Shown here in pieces: positions 9,301 through 18,768 of a stretch of 48,492 nt of DNA. Source of the stretch: Candidatus Moraniibacteriota bacterium. GTDB taxonomy: Bacteria > Patescibacteriota > Minisyncoccia > Moranbacterales > UBA1568. Under the pieces are notes generated by a model, which was not told the origin of the DNA, searched no databases, and was given only the letters and a program-made list of their open reading frames with translations. The stretch is taken from the NCBI GenBank assembly GCA_903893925.1, contig CAITOC010000047.1:1-48492 (forward strand), given 5' to 3'. The translations under genes were made by a program, and so were the position numbers. The stretch's first letter is position 1; the number at the start of each line of letters is the position of its first letter.

Positions 9301-9359
9301 AACTGAATCGTTGCCGAAGGCTAAACCTTCGGAGATATCGAGTATCGATTGTATTCGGT
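9301..9359. repeat. Hairpin between convergent genes, possibly a degenerate relative of the ~105-bp element
   Basis: aactgaatc (shared with the element's left arm), hairpin ccgaagg-ctaaa-ccttcgg at 9314-9332, then gatat...attcggt. Confidence 0.4.
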
Positions 9360-10582
9360 CAGAAAAACAAGTCTAGCCGGAGGAGCATGAAGGTCAGTCC
9401 GAGTGACATCGCGAGCCAGTAGAGGACGAGAAACCGTTCCGCGCGATCGGAGCCCTCTTCTCGGAAGAGGAGGAGGAAAATCAACGGTACGATCGCATAG
9501 CGCTGTTCGATGAGAAGCGACGGAAGCAAACTCAAAATCGCGAACGGGACGATCAAGAGACGGTCACCTTTCAGTCGCATCGACCACAGTGTGACACCGC
9601 CGAGCGCAATCAGGAGGATATAGAGCCAGCCAAAATCGCCATACGCGACTCCAAGCGCGCGATTGCGGAGGAAATGCATATCCAAGTTGTAGACGTGCAG
9701 TGCCGGATGCAACAAGAAAAATGAAAGGCCGACCAGGAGGCTAATCGATAGTACGGACAGGAGAATCCGATTTTTTGTTACTGAAAGGATGTTCTTGAGA
9801 GTAGTTACGGTGACCGGCAGGAAGAGCAGTCCGGTCATGGCGAGGAAGAAATAGATATTTCCCGGATAGAGCCCGAAGACATGGTGTTCCTGATCGCCGA
9901 GTGCGATGCCACCGTTTTGCCAGACAAAGACGAGGAAGACTGTTGCGATCATCACATAGCCGAAAGTCTTTTTTAGGTGGGCCAAAACGGATGCGACGGA
10001 GAAGTCGGATCCGTATTCGGTGATGAACGTGTATAACCAGAGGAACGCAACCCAGACGATCGCATCTTGGCGGACGAGGATGGAAAGGAACGATACGAAG
10101 GCTGAAATCCGATATCGTTTGGACAGTGCGAACAAGAATGCCGTAAGAAGCAGGAGAAGCGAGAAGATATCGGTATAGACGAGCGGGAAATAGAGGAAGG
10201 TGATGGGAAAAACCGCGTACTGCAGGGTACGCCGGTACGGATCGCCAAGGTGCAGACGCGAAGAGATAAGGAAAAAGACTATAAGCGATAGTGACGCGAA
10301 TGCCAGACTGGTCAGGCGAACTTCTCGAAGAGAGGGCTGTTTTTCCCATGGGAAAGTGATTGAAGACACGAAGGCGACCGTTATGTGGTAACCGGGGATA
10401 TTGGTCAGATCGCCCAAGATGGCATAATTGTCCTTGGTATAGCGCTGCACCTGTCTCACATGAGTGCCTTCGTCGATGAAGGTCTTGTCACCGAGGGAAA
10501 TGATACTCATCCATATCGAAAACACTGCAATCAAAAGCGCTATGAAAACCGTTCGTTTGTGGTTTGTGATGAGGTCGTTCAT
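9359..10582 (-). CDS. ALG10/DIE2-like alpha-1,2-glucosyltransferase (GT-C, GT59-like)
   Basis: Motifs occur in the Alg10 order: FIDEGTHVRQVQRY, TNIPGY, FP..LYFPLVYTD, RQDAIVW, NGGIALGDQEHH and LIEQRYAIVP. Multi-pass hydrophobic. Start set at MNDLIT. Confidence 0.8.
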   Translation of the reverse strand: MNDLITNHKRTVFIALLIAVFSIWMSIISLGDKTFIDEGTHVRQVQRYTKDNYAILGDLTNIPGYHITVAFVSSITFPWEKQPSLREVRLTSLAFASLSLIVFFLISSRLHLGDPYRRTLQYAVFPITFLYFPLVYTDIFSLLLLLTAFLFALSKRYRISAFVSFLSILVRQDAIVWVAFLWLYTFITEYGSDFSVASVLAHLKKTFGYVMIATVFLVFVWQNGGIALGDQEHHVFGLYPGNIYFFLAMTGLLFLPVTVTTLKNILSVTKNRILLSVLSISLLVGLSFFLLHPALHVYNLDMHFLRNRALGVAYGDFGWLYILLIALGGVTLWSMRLKGDRLLIVPFAILSLLPSLLIEQRYAIVPLIFLLLFREEGSDRAERFLVLYWLAMSLGLTFMLLRLDLFF

Positions 10583-10611
10583 GGGGTTGTCGTATGTGGA
10601 TCGTTTACATT

Positions 10612-12228
10612 TCAATAAGATACCTGTTCGGTGGGTACGTCACTTCCTATCAGGACCCGGTTCTTGTTTAACGCGGTTCCTTGTGCTGGTATGAGAGAAA
10701 TATTGTGTGTCGTGCTACCGTCGATCGATGCACATACCTTGTTTGATGCGACACAACCGAGGTCGTTGATAGCGACGTTTTGGCCGTTCGTGATGCTGAA
10801 GAGCGGATCGTATTTTGATTGGACGGCGATCGATTGTAGCGTGATGCCGTCAACATTTTTCATGACGACGCCGGTGCCTGATCCGATGACCGTATGCTCC
10901 ATTGTTACGTTTTTGATCGGACTGCTTTCGATCGCGTCAAACTCGATCGCTCTGCGGGTGCGTGGGGACGATATGTCCGAAAAATGGATACCGTCGAAGG
11001 TCGGCACGCCGGTCGGTTCACCCTCTGCTTGATCAGAGCCATAGTGCATGGTCATCTGAACCGCATCGAAGAGCATCTTGTCCACTGCGATGTTTTGGAA
11101 CCAAAGATCGCTCGCCCATACCCGTTCGGTCTCGAGTGCCTTCAGTCGGATGCCATATTGCCCGCCATGCATTTTGAGACCGTATGCGAACACGTTTCGA
11201 ACACCGCCAGCGATCTCACTGCCGATGGCGATGCCGGCATGTCCGTTTTCGACGGTATTATTTCGTATGATGACATTCTCGGTGGGGATATTTTCGGTCA
11301 GACCGTCACGTGCCTTCCCGGATTTGAGAGCGATAGCGTCGTCATTGGTGTCGAAATATGAGTTCTCGACAAGCACATTTTGTGAAGAGTCGATGTCCAG
11401 TCCGTCGTTGTTCTGGCCATTCGTCCGTACGGAGACGTTTCTCACGATGATATCATGGCTATAGGTCGGGTGTAGGGTCCACATCGGACCGCTTTCGATC
11501 GAGAAGTCCTGCAAGAGAATGGCGTCACAATGGACGAATTCGACGAAGGCAGGCCGGAGCATTTTCTCTTGGGAACCGAAGACACGGTCCGGAATCGGGA
11601 CACCGCGATCTCCCATGGCGTAAAGCTCGTGGGTGACGGTGACATCGCCGAGGTCCAGCCATCGTTTGCCGTTGCCGATGAGGGTTCCGGTTCCGGTGAT
11701 TGCGATATTGTGCTTGCCGTAGGCGTAGATGAGAGGAGAATAATTGTAGACATCGGTACCTTCGTAGCGCGACAAGACGACGGGGAGATAGTCATTCGAA
11801 TCCGCGCTGAAGGAGAGGATGGCTCCCGGGTCCAAGTGAAGATCAATGGCGTTTTCAAGATGGATGGCTCCGGTGAGCCAGGAACCTTTCGGAACAATGA
11901 CGTGCCCACCGCCTTGTCGTGAACAGTCGGCAATAGCGTCGGCAATAGCCACCATATTATTATTGGTCGGTCCGGGTACCGCTCCATAGTCGGTGATGGC
12001 ACAGATGCGATCGGGGAAAATGGGCTGTGCGATTGCGGGCATCGGAAACGGAGGTGTCACGCCGTCGGCGTTTGCAAACGGATCGACGAGGGTTGTTTCA
12101 TAGACGGGCGATGGTGGATCGGAGAGCATCTTGATACCGAGTCCGAAGACGGCACAAAAGAAGAGACCTAGACAAAGGCTCTTGGTGAGGGCATGGAAAC
12201 CGATTGTTCGCGGGATCAGTGTGTGCAT
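10612..12228 (-). CDS. Glycoside hydrolase family 28 (polygalacturonase-like) with N-terminal anchor/signal
   Basis: ITDYGA, AIADAIADC..GGG.V.VP.G.WLTG, and catalytic motifs NNDG, DDAIALKSG, GHAGIAIGS and RLK. Confidence 0.9.
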   Translation of the reverse strand: MHTLIPRTIGFHALTKSLCLGLFFCAVFGLGIKMLSDPPSPVYETTLVDPFANADGVTPPFPMPAIAQPIFPDRICAITDYGAVPGPTNNNMVAIADAIADCSRQGGGHVIVPKGSWLTGAIHLENAIDLHLDPGAILSFSADSNDYLPVVLSRYEGTDVYNYSPLIYAYGKHNIAITGTGTLIGNGKRWLDLGDVTVTHELYAMGDRGVPIPDRVFGSQEKMLRPAFVEFVHCDAILLQDFSIESGPMWTLHPTYSHDIIVRNVSVRTNGQNNDGLDIDSSQNVLVENSYFDTNDDAIALKSGKARDGLTENIPTENVIIRNNTVENGHAGIAIGSEIAGGVRNVFAYGLKMHGGQYGIRLKALETERVWASDLWFQNIAVDKMLFDAVQMTMHYGSDQAEGEPTGVPTFDGIHFSDISSPRTRRAIEFDAIESSPIKNVTMEHTVIGSGTGVVMKNVDGITLQSIAVQSKYDPLFSITNGQNVAINDLGCVASNKVCASIDGSTTHNISLIPAQGTALNKNRVLIGSDVPTEQVSY

Positions 12229-12238
12229 ACCACGGATA

Positions 12239-13975
12239 TCATCTGAACAATGAGCGCCAGGTGCGCAGTTTCGAGATGTCGGACATCACTACGGACCGCT
12301 TCTGGTCCGCATCGGACTGGCGTGTCCCGACGATCACTTTTTCGAGCGGTTTGAAAAAAGTCACGGTCAGTGCGCCGAAAGGTCTCTGTTCGAGAATCGT
12401 GAACTTCGAATCCGTGCCGAAGGAATCGTCGGCATAGCGGATATCGAAATAGTTTCCTTCGACGTAGAGCGACGAATCGCGTATCTCGTCGTGGTACCGG
12501 ATGCCACGGCGTTCCAGGAGAGCCCAGAATACGGGTTCGTATTCTGGCTTCGCGTTTATATAGACCGGATAGCCGTTCGCATCGTGTTTCGACGCGATGT
12601 AATCGACAATGAGTCGTTGCTCCCCAAACGTGATGCGGTTCGTGTTCGGGAAGATATCGCCCATCTCGATCTCGCCACGCGTCGTCGGGGCGGTGTCGTC
12701 TTGGAGTCGGGAAAACACTGGGAAAATGGCCTGCATATTAAGACCGACCAGAGTCAGTATGACGATACTGAACGCTACGAGGCGTACGCGACTCTTTTCG
12801 GGACCGACAAGCGTCAGGACAAATCCGTACAGCAGGATCGAAAGCGGGGCGATCAGGAGGAAGAATCTCGGATACATCCGGTAGCCGTCCGCGATGGTGT
12901 AGATGAGATAAAAGGAAACCGCAAGCCACAACAGAATTAAAATGAGAAAATTCTTTCGGTCGGCATCATGCTCTCTGAAAATCCGTACGATCAAGATAAC
13001 TGATCCGGAAAGAACCAGCGCGAGTGCGAGGATTTTCAGACCGAAGCTGTCGCCGTACGCTCCGGGTTCGAACCCATAATCTTTCAGTTTTATCCCGTTG
13101 ATGAGGTCTCTTCCGGTATTGATGAAAAAGGATTCGTAAGCGCCGTACTCGACGGTCTGGACCAGGGTGTCCGGCATGATGAAACTTCCCGGACTCGTCT
13201 TGGCGAACTTCTCTTTCAGGTAGTGGAGATTCTCGCGGTTCGTAACGATATCGTTCGCGATGACGGGGGAATAGATGATGAGGACGATTGCCAGGGCTGC
13301 GACCCAGACCTTCCAATGGAATCGTGGCCGACTGATTGCCGTGAATATGACCGCGACGAGTGGCACCACGAGAAACGAATTGAAATGAATCTGTGACGTG
13401 AGAGTGACTGCACCGACGGAAAAGAGAAACCATCTTGCGGAATATCGCTCTTTTCGGGAAACGCCCCGGAGGAGTGTATAGAAGGAGAGGAGGATCAAAA
13501 ACGGGAGTACGTTCGGACTCCAAGAGAACCGTGAGTACATGACGAGGTAGAGCGAGGAGGAGAAGACAGCCAGAAGGCCGACTGATTCGGTCCGGGAGAA
13601 ATACCGTCTGCAAAAAAGATAGAAGAGTGGCATCGACAGGATCGACAGGATAAGGACATTCATCGCATGTCCGGTCGGCGTATTGCCGAAGACGGTTGCG
13701 GCGACATACTCCATATAATAGAACGCCGGACCAAGCCGCAGGAGGCCACCACCGACATTCGGGCCGAGAAGCGGTAGATCGAGTGGGGAATGGCCGACCG
13801 CGGGAGAGACGAGATCGTAGTCAAATGCCTGGTCCAGTTCGAAATGGAGCCAGTCGGAAAAGTGATAGGTACGTAAAAACACTCCCGCACACACGACGAG
13901 TGAGATGACGAGTACATCTCGCCAGTTTGCGTTTATGTTTCGGAACAGTCTTTCTCGGACCGATGAGAGAGGCAT
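12239..13975 (-). CDS. ArnT/PMT-like GT-C membrane glycosyltransferase, paralog 1
   Basis: LRTYHFSDWLHFELDQAFD, LLGP...LGP.FYY, YSRFSWSPN, QIH and YPRFF. About 11 TMs plus a C-terminal soluble domain. Confidence 0.8.
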   Translation of the reverse strand: MPLSSVRERLFRNINANWRDVLVISLVVCAGVFLRTYHFSDWLHFELDQAFDYDLVSPAVGHSPLDLPLLGPNVGGGLLRLGPAFYYMEYVAATVFGNTPTGHAMNVLILSILSMPLFYLFCRRYFSRTESVGLLAVFSSSLYLVMYSRFSWSPNVLPFLILLSFYTLLRGVSRKERYSARWFLFSVGAVTLTSQIHFNSFLVVPLVAVIFTAISRPRFHWKVWVAALAIVLIIYSPVIANDIVTNRENLHYLKEKFAKTSPGSFIMPDTLVQTVEYGAYESFFINTGRDLINGIKLKDYGFEPGAYGDSFGLKILALALVLSGSVILIVRIFREHDADRKNFLILILLWLAVSFYLIYTIADGYRMYPRFFLLIAPLSILLYGFVLTLVGPEKSRVRLVAFSIVILTLVGLNMQAIFPVFSRLQDDTAPTTRGEIEMGDIFPNTNRITFGEQRLIVDYIASKHDANGYPVYINAKPEYEPVFWALLERRGIRYHDEIRDSSLYVEGNYFDIRYADDSFGTDSKFTILEQRPFGALTVTFFKPLEKVIVGTRQSDADQKRSVVMSDISKLRTWRSLFR

Positions 13976-13979
13976 ACGT

Positions 13980-15824
13980 TTACTCGTTGGCGATGGCGGA
14001 TGCCCGGATGATCTTCACGAAATTATTCGGTCGCCCACCAATGACGACCTCATGTTCGTAAGCAATCGTGTCACTGTACACTTTCTTGAAGTTGATGATA
14101 CTGCTTACCGAGCCGGAGAGTTTCAGCGAGCGACCTTGTCGGCCGATCGAGACGACGAAATAATCGTACGTTTTTCCTTCGAGGTCCTTTTTGCTGAATC
14201 CGATATTACAGGTCCCGACGAATTCGGTGCAGACCGCTCCCTTGTCCGACCAGACGACCAGATTACGGGCATTCGGAAGCGAATTGAGATACGCTGCGGC
14301 CTCGAAGCTCCCGTCGCCCATATCCTTGGTATTGAGGAGGTATTGTGTGGGAAGGAATGCCGAGGCGTATGCGAAATAGAACGGTCGGAGGTAGAGCAGT
14401 GATGCAGCGAGGATAATGATACACGCGAGTGTCGCCGGCAGAGGCTTGACGAAGCGCTTGACCCGATCAATGGACAATACCTCGGCGGCTCCTATCGCTG
14501 CGATGATGAACGCCAGCGGATAGAGGATAATTTGGTAGCGGACGGTCGCGACCACGTCGTTGACGGTAGACGCCAGGTAGTAGAGGAGTATGAAGAGTGA
14601 GAAGGAGATGACCGTTCTCGTTTTCAATGTCATGGGGGTACCGCGGCGGACAGCGGTGAGGAGTCCGACGATGAAGAGAATGAGGAGTATCGGGTGTAGG
14701 CCGAATATCAGGCTGTATGCATTCGCTGTCAGCGCACCGAGAAAGGCAAGCAGGACACCGTGATCATTTATGCCGATGCCTTTCGGGGACGAGAGGATGC
14801 CTTCGAGGTCGAACGGCTTCATACCGAGATAGGTGTCGGCCATGGCAAATAAGATGAGCCCGATAAGGACGGATATCAGTGTTGTTGCCAGCACCCGTTT
14901 GTACTTCGAGAAGAACCGGAGTATCGGACCGATGATTTGGGCGCCGAGGGCGGTGACATCGAGGGCGATGAAGGCGACTAAGCCGGCAAAAATCGGCCAC
15001 GTCTTTTGGAAGGCCTTGCTTCCGAAGGTACCGTCGAGCAAAACATTTGGGTGCGCCCAGGTGGCCGGATAGAGCGCATAGAAGGTCACCATGGAAATCG
15101 CGATGATGGCGAGGTAATTCACGAATGATTTTTTCAGGTACGCTTTCAATTCCGGTTTTTCATCAGCGAGGATATAGTCGAGGAACGGAAGGATGAGGAA
15201 GAAGACATAGAGGATGTTTGCGACATACTTCGTCAGAAGCGAGAGACCGAGGAATACGCCGGTCGTGACGAGAAAAATATTTTCACCCTTCTTCTGGAAG
15301 GTGAGATAACTGAGGAGGGACAAGGGGAGAAATATCCAGAGGAGTGAATCGGGATTGATAATGAGCGAGATTCCGAGCAGGATCGGCGACAGGCCGATGA
15401 ACACGAACCCGAGGAGTGCCGTCTTTTTTCCGAAGAGTTTGTTGAGGAAAAAGGAGAAGGCGGGGAGCATGAACGTGCAGAAGAGGAAAATCGGGAGACG
15501 GAAAGAATAATTGATTCCGTCGATATCGGCGAGTTGGGCGTCCGTCTTGATGCCACCGCGTATATCCTTGGAAAGCATCGGATCGTACTTCAGCAGGCCG
15601 AACCCGGACAAGAGCGCGACGGTGATACCAGGCTTGTCATTGATATTGGTCGATCGCCATTTCTGTTCGGCGACGGCGGTCCAGAATTTCGAGGTCCGCC
15701 CGTAGGTCCAATAGGGCTCGTCGACCGCCGAATAGGTGCTGAGTCGGGGAATGCCGAGGAACAGGTTCAATCCGATGACGAAGAAAATGACGGTTGGTGC
15801 GAAATACTTTCTGAACGTTTTCAT
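13980..15824 (-). CDS. PMT/ArnT-like GT-C membrane glycosyltransferase (different subfamily)
   Basis: DE motif after TM1 (AVDEPYW), KPG, RLP, NPDS, GLSLLTK and RY. Multi-pass. Confidence 0.75.
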   Translation of the reverse strand: MKTFRKYFAPTVIFFVIGLNLFLGIPRLSTYSAVDEPYWTYGRTSKFWTAVAEQKWRSTNINDKPGITVALLSGFGLLKYDPMLSKDIRGGIKTDAQLADIDGINYSFRLPIFLFCTFMLPAFSFFLNKLFGKKTALLGFVFIGLSPILLGISLIINPDSLLWIFLPLSLLSYLTFQKKGENIFLVTTGVFLGLSLLTKYVANILYVFFLILPFLDYILADEKPELKAYLKKSFVNYLAIIAISMVTFYALYPATWAHPNVLLDGTFGSKAFQKTWPIFAGLVAFIALDVTALGAQIIGPILRFFSKYKRVLATTLISVLIGLILFAMADTYLGMKPFDLEGILSSPKGIGINDHGVLLAFLGALTANAYSLIFGLHPILLILFIVGLLTAVRRGTPMTLKTRTVISFSLFILLYYLASTVNDVVATVRYQIILYPLAFIIAAIGAAEVLSIDRVKRFVKPLPATLACIIILAASLLYLRPFYFAYASAFLPTQYLLNTKDMGDGSFEAAAYLNSLPNARNLVVWSDKGAVCTEFVGTCNIGFSKKDLEGKTYDYFVVSIGRQGRSLKLSGSVSSIINFKKVYSDTIAYEHEVVIGGRPNNFVKIIRASAIANE

Positions 15825-15985
15825 GATGAAGCGTTAAGGATAAATTCACATGAGACCGATATCATATATAATATACCGAAATTGGACCCTATTGCAAACA
15901 AAATATCTGTAAAGAAGCCAAAAAATGACTTTACGGTACGATAATAATAAGGTACTATTCCAGTGTGGAAAAGAATACCCTAAAA

Positions 15986-16918
15986 ATGTGGGAAACGGTC
16001 AAACGATCGTGTATCGTTGGCTTTCAAAAATATCGGGCCACACTCTTCGTCGTGGTGTTTTTGTTTTGCACATTCTTCGTTCGGATATATCACATTGCCG
16101 GTCAGTGGTCTGTTGAGATGGGCAACCCGAAGGATTCTTTGGTCGTTCTTGATTCGACAGATTTCCTGAAACGGTATGTCCCCGGTTTCAGGGTCGAAGG
16201 ATATGCGCGGGAGGGAGAGAAAATCGGTTGGATCACGGATATCCATGCGGATCGATTCAAACGACGGACCGTCGAAAGCGGAACGATATATCCCAGGCAG
16301 TATGAAGAGTATGTGCCGAAGGTTTTTGATGCCCTGCGTTCGCAGGGGATAGATACGGTTGTCACGACGGGTGACAATGTCAATTCCGGCGATTCCAATT
16401 ACAGCCGTGCCTTGGAGAAGATTGCTGAGGAAAAACACATGCGGGTGATCTGGACGATCGGAAACCATGACCGCGAGTCGACGATGGCTGATTTTGGCGT
16501 AACCGGGAAGATGTATTATTATACCGACTATGGGAACACGAGGATTATTTCGATTGATGACGTTGACTTTAATAGGGAATCATGGGATTACGTGGGCGGG
16601 ATAGACAGTGAACAGTTGTCGTGGCTTCAGGAGGCGCTTCAGACTGACAAGCGCGTCATTATCGCCATGCATATCCCGATATTTCCGTCATCGCTCGAAT
16701 CTGTGGTGGTAGATCGCTATGCCGCATTCGAGAATCTTGTCCGTGAAAGCGGTGCCGTGAAATTGGTGCTCTCCGGACATTTCCATATTCCATGGCAGAA
16801 GGAGTTTGACGGGATTCCGTATTATGGTGAGGCAGCGCTGTCACGTGACGAGTATAAGGGAGCATACGGAGTGATCGATCTTGGAAAGGATACGGTTCAG
16901 TACCTTTTTGCGAAATAG
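15986..16918 (+). CDS. Calcineurin-like metallophosphoesterase with N-terminal TM anchor
   Basis: TDIH, TGDNVN, GNHD, MH and SGHFH motifs. Alternative GTG start at 15965. Confidence 0.88.
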   Translation: MWETVKRSCIVGFQKYRATLFVVVFLFCTFFVRIYHIAGQWSVEMGNPKDSLVVLDSTDFLKRYVPGFRVEGYAREGEKIGWITDIHADRFKRRTVESGTIYPRQYEEYVPKVFDALRSQGIDTVVTTGDNVNSGDSNYSRALEKIAEEKHMRVIWTIGNHDRESTMADFGVTGKMYYYTDYGNTRIISIDDVDFNRESWDYVGGIDSEQLSWLQEALQTDKRVIIAMHIPIFPSSLESVVVDRYAAFENLVRESGAVKLVLSGHFHIPWQKEFDGIPYYGEAALSRDEYKGAYGVIDLGKDTVQYLFAK

Positions 16919-17016
16919 AACGAGCACTTGGGGAACATCACTTCGATTTTTTGTTTGCGATCTGGAAAAATGGTTCAGGGCGTTTATCGTATAAAGAAGA
17001 TGTAAAGCCGACTGCT

Positions 17017-18768
17017 ATGCGAAAAGTACTCAAATGGTTTGCTAACAACTACGCATTGCTCGTACTCACCGTCATTGTCGGCGTTTCGATATTCGTGCGC
17101 ACGTATCATTTCGACGACTGGCTGTATTTCAAGATGGATCAGTCTCGCGATGCGATTCTGATGAGCAATGCGGTGGAAAACGGTCCGCAGTACCTCCCAC
17201 TTCTCGGTGCACGCGCCGGTGCGGTCAAGCTCAAACACGGATTTCTCCGCCTCGGCCCGATTTTTTATTATTTCCAGTATCTGTCCGGCGTCATCTTCCA
17301 TTCGACACAGCCGTACGTGTACGCATATCCGGATCTACTGTTCTCCATCCTCGCGATACCGCTCCTCTATCTTCTCGTGCGGTTGTATTTCAGTAAGAGA
17401 AACGCTCTTTTGGTGACGGCGATGTATGCGTTCTCGTTCATCATCATCCAGTATTCGCGGTTCGCGTGGAATCCGAACTCGTTGCAATTTTTCCAGTTGG
17501 TGAGTTTCTATGGGCTACTCCGATTTCTGAACGAACCAATCGAGAAACGGAAAAAATGGTGGATGGCGATGTGGGCGACCGGCATGACGATCGGTTCGCA
17601 GCTACACTTCTTTGGCTTCTTCAGTCTCGTCGGGATTTCGGGGCTTCTCTTTATCTTTCATTTCGAGTTGTGGAAGAAGGAGCATATTCAGGCCTGTTTG
17701 CATAAGGACGCACTGAAAAAGATTGCGATCTATGCCGGCATCGCCGTATTGGTCTTCTCATTCTTCTATGCCCCTGTTTTCATCAGTGAGTCCATGCGCG
17801 GTGGGCAAAACTCAAAAAATTTTATTGAGGCACTCGGTTCGAAGCCTGCAGCCAAACCGCTTTCCGACAAGCTCGTGAAGACGGTGACGGAAAACATCAA
17901 ATACTACTGCCTGGTTACGACCTCACAGTGCTATGGGAGTAGCATGAAAAACGAGCTTCCCGCCCTGTCCGTGACGGCGCTCATACTCCTTGCCGGCGCG
18001 TTCCTGGCCATCCGGTCGCTCCGTGACAAGACGAGGTCCGTCGTCGCGCGGGACTTCCTTTTTCTACTCATTGCCTGGGTGGCGGTGTTCACCATATTGA
18101 CCGTGCCGGTCTCTTTTCAACTCCGTCCACGGTTTTTTATCGTCGTGTTTGCGATTCCATTCATTTTCGTCGGCCTGATAGCGGAGTATCTCGATTCTCG
18201 ACTCAAGCGTGGTTCGGCACTCGCGATCGCCTTGTTGCTCGCCGGTGGCATCGTCGGGTGGAATACGCACGGGACCTCCGCGTGGTTCAAGGAGCAGGAA
18301 AAATCGCAGAAGAGCGCGTTAATCGTGAAGCGGACGCTCATCCTCAAGGCCAAGGACGGGGTGACTTTGGGGGAACTGCAGGGCGTGACCGATTGGATGT
18401 ATGCGAGGCATGAATCAGGGAAGACACTTTACTACTATGTGAAGCCGGAACACGTGCGACCGATCGACTATCTGCTTTCTTCCAAACATGATGCCGGACT
18501 CTCTTTCGCTACCATGACGAACAAGACCGACTCGGAGGCTCAGTTTTTCGCGGTGACGCCGACCAAAAGCGGACTCGCTCCCGTGACGAAGAAATTTGGT
18601 GTCAACATAACCGCTCTCAGCTCGCAGCAGTTCGGTCAATTGACAGTATATGAGCTCAGTTTTCCGGATCGTATCATCGAATCGAGTTCTAAGGTCAAAA
18701 AGACGAATGCAGAGCCGGACAGGGTTTTTTGGAAGGATGTGTTCACTTTCAAATCTGCCAAGAAATGA
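17017..18768 (+). CDS. ArnT/PMT-like GT-C, paralog 2
   Basis: VRTYHFDDWLYFKMDQSRD, LGPIFYYFQ, AYPDLLFSIL, YSRFAWNPN and QLH. Confidence 0.8.
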   Translation: MRKVLKWFANNYALLVLTVIVGVSIFVRTYHFDDWLYFKMDQSRDAILMSNAVENGPQYLPLLGARAGAVKLKHGFLRLGPIFYYFQYLSGVIFHSTQPYVYAYPDLLFSILAIPLLYLLVRLYFSKRNALLVTAMYAFSFIIIQYSRFAWNPNSLQFFQLVSFYGLLRFLNEPIEKRKKWWMAMWATGMTIGSQLHFFGFFSLVGISGLLFIFHFELWKKEHIQACLHKDALKKIAIYAGIAVLVFSFFYAPVFISESMRGGQNSKNFIEALGSKPAAKPLSDKLVKTVTENIKYYCLVTTSQCYGSSMKNELPALSVTALILLAGAFLAIRSLRDKTRSVVARDFLFLLIAWVAVFTILTVPVSFQLRPRFFIVVFAIPFIFVGLIAEYLDSRLKRGSALAIALLLAGGIVGWNTHGTSAWFKEQEKSQKSALIVKRTLILKAKDGVTLGELQGVTDWMYARHESGKTLYYYVKPEHVRPIDYLLSSKHDAGLSFATMTNKTDSEAQFFAVTPTKSGLAPVTKKFGVNITALSSQQFGQLTVYELSFPDRIIESSSKVKKTNAEPDRVFWKDVFTFKSAKK

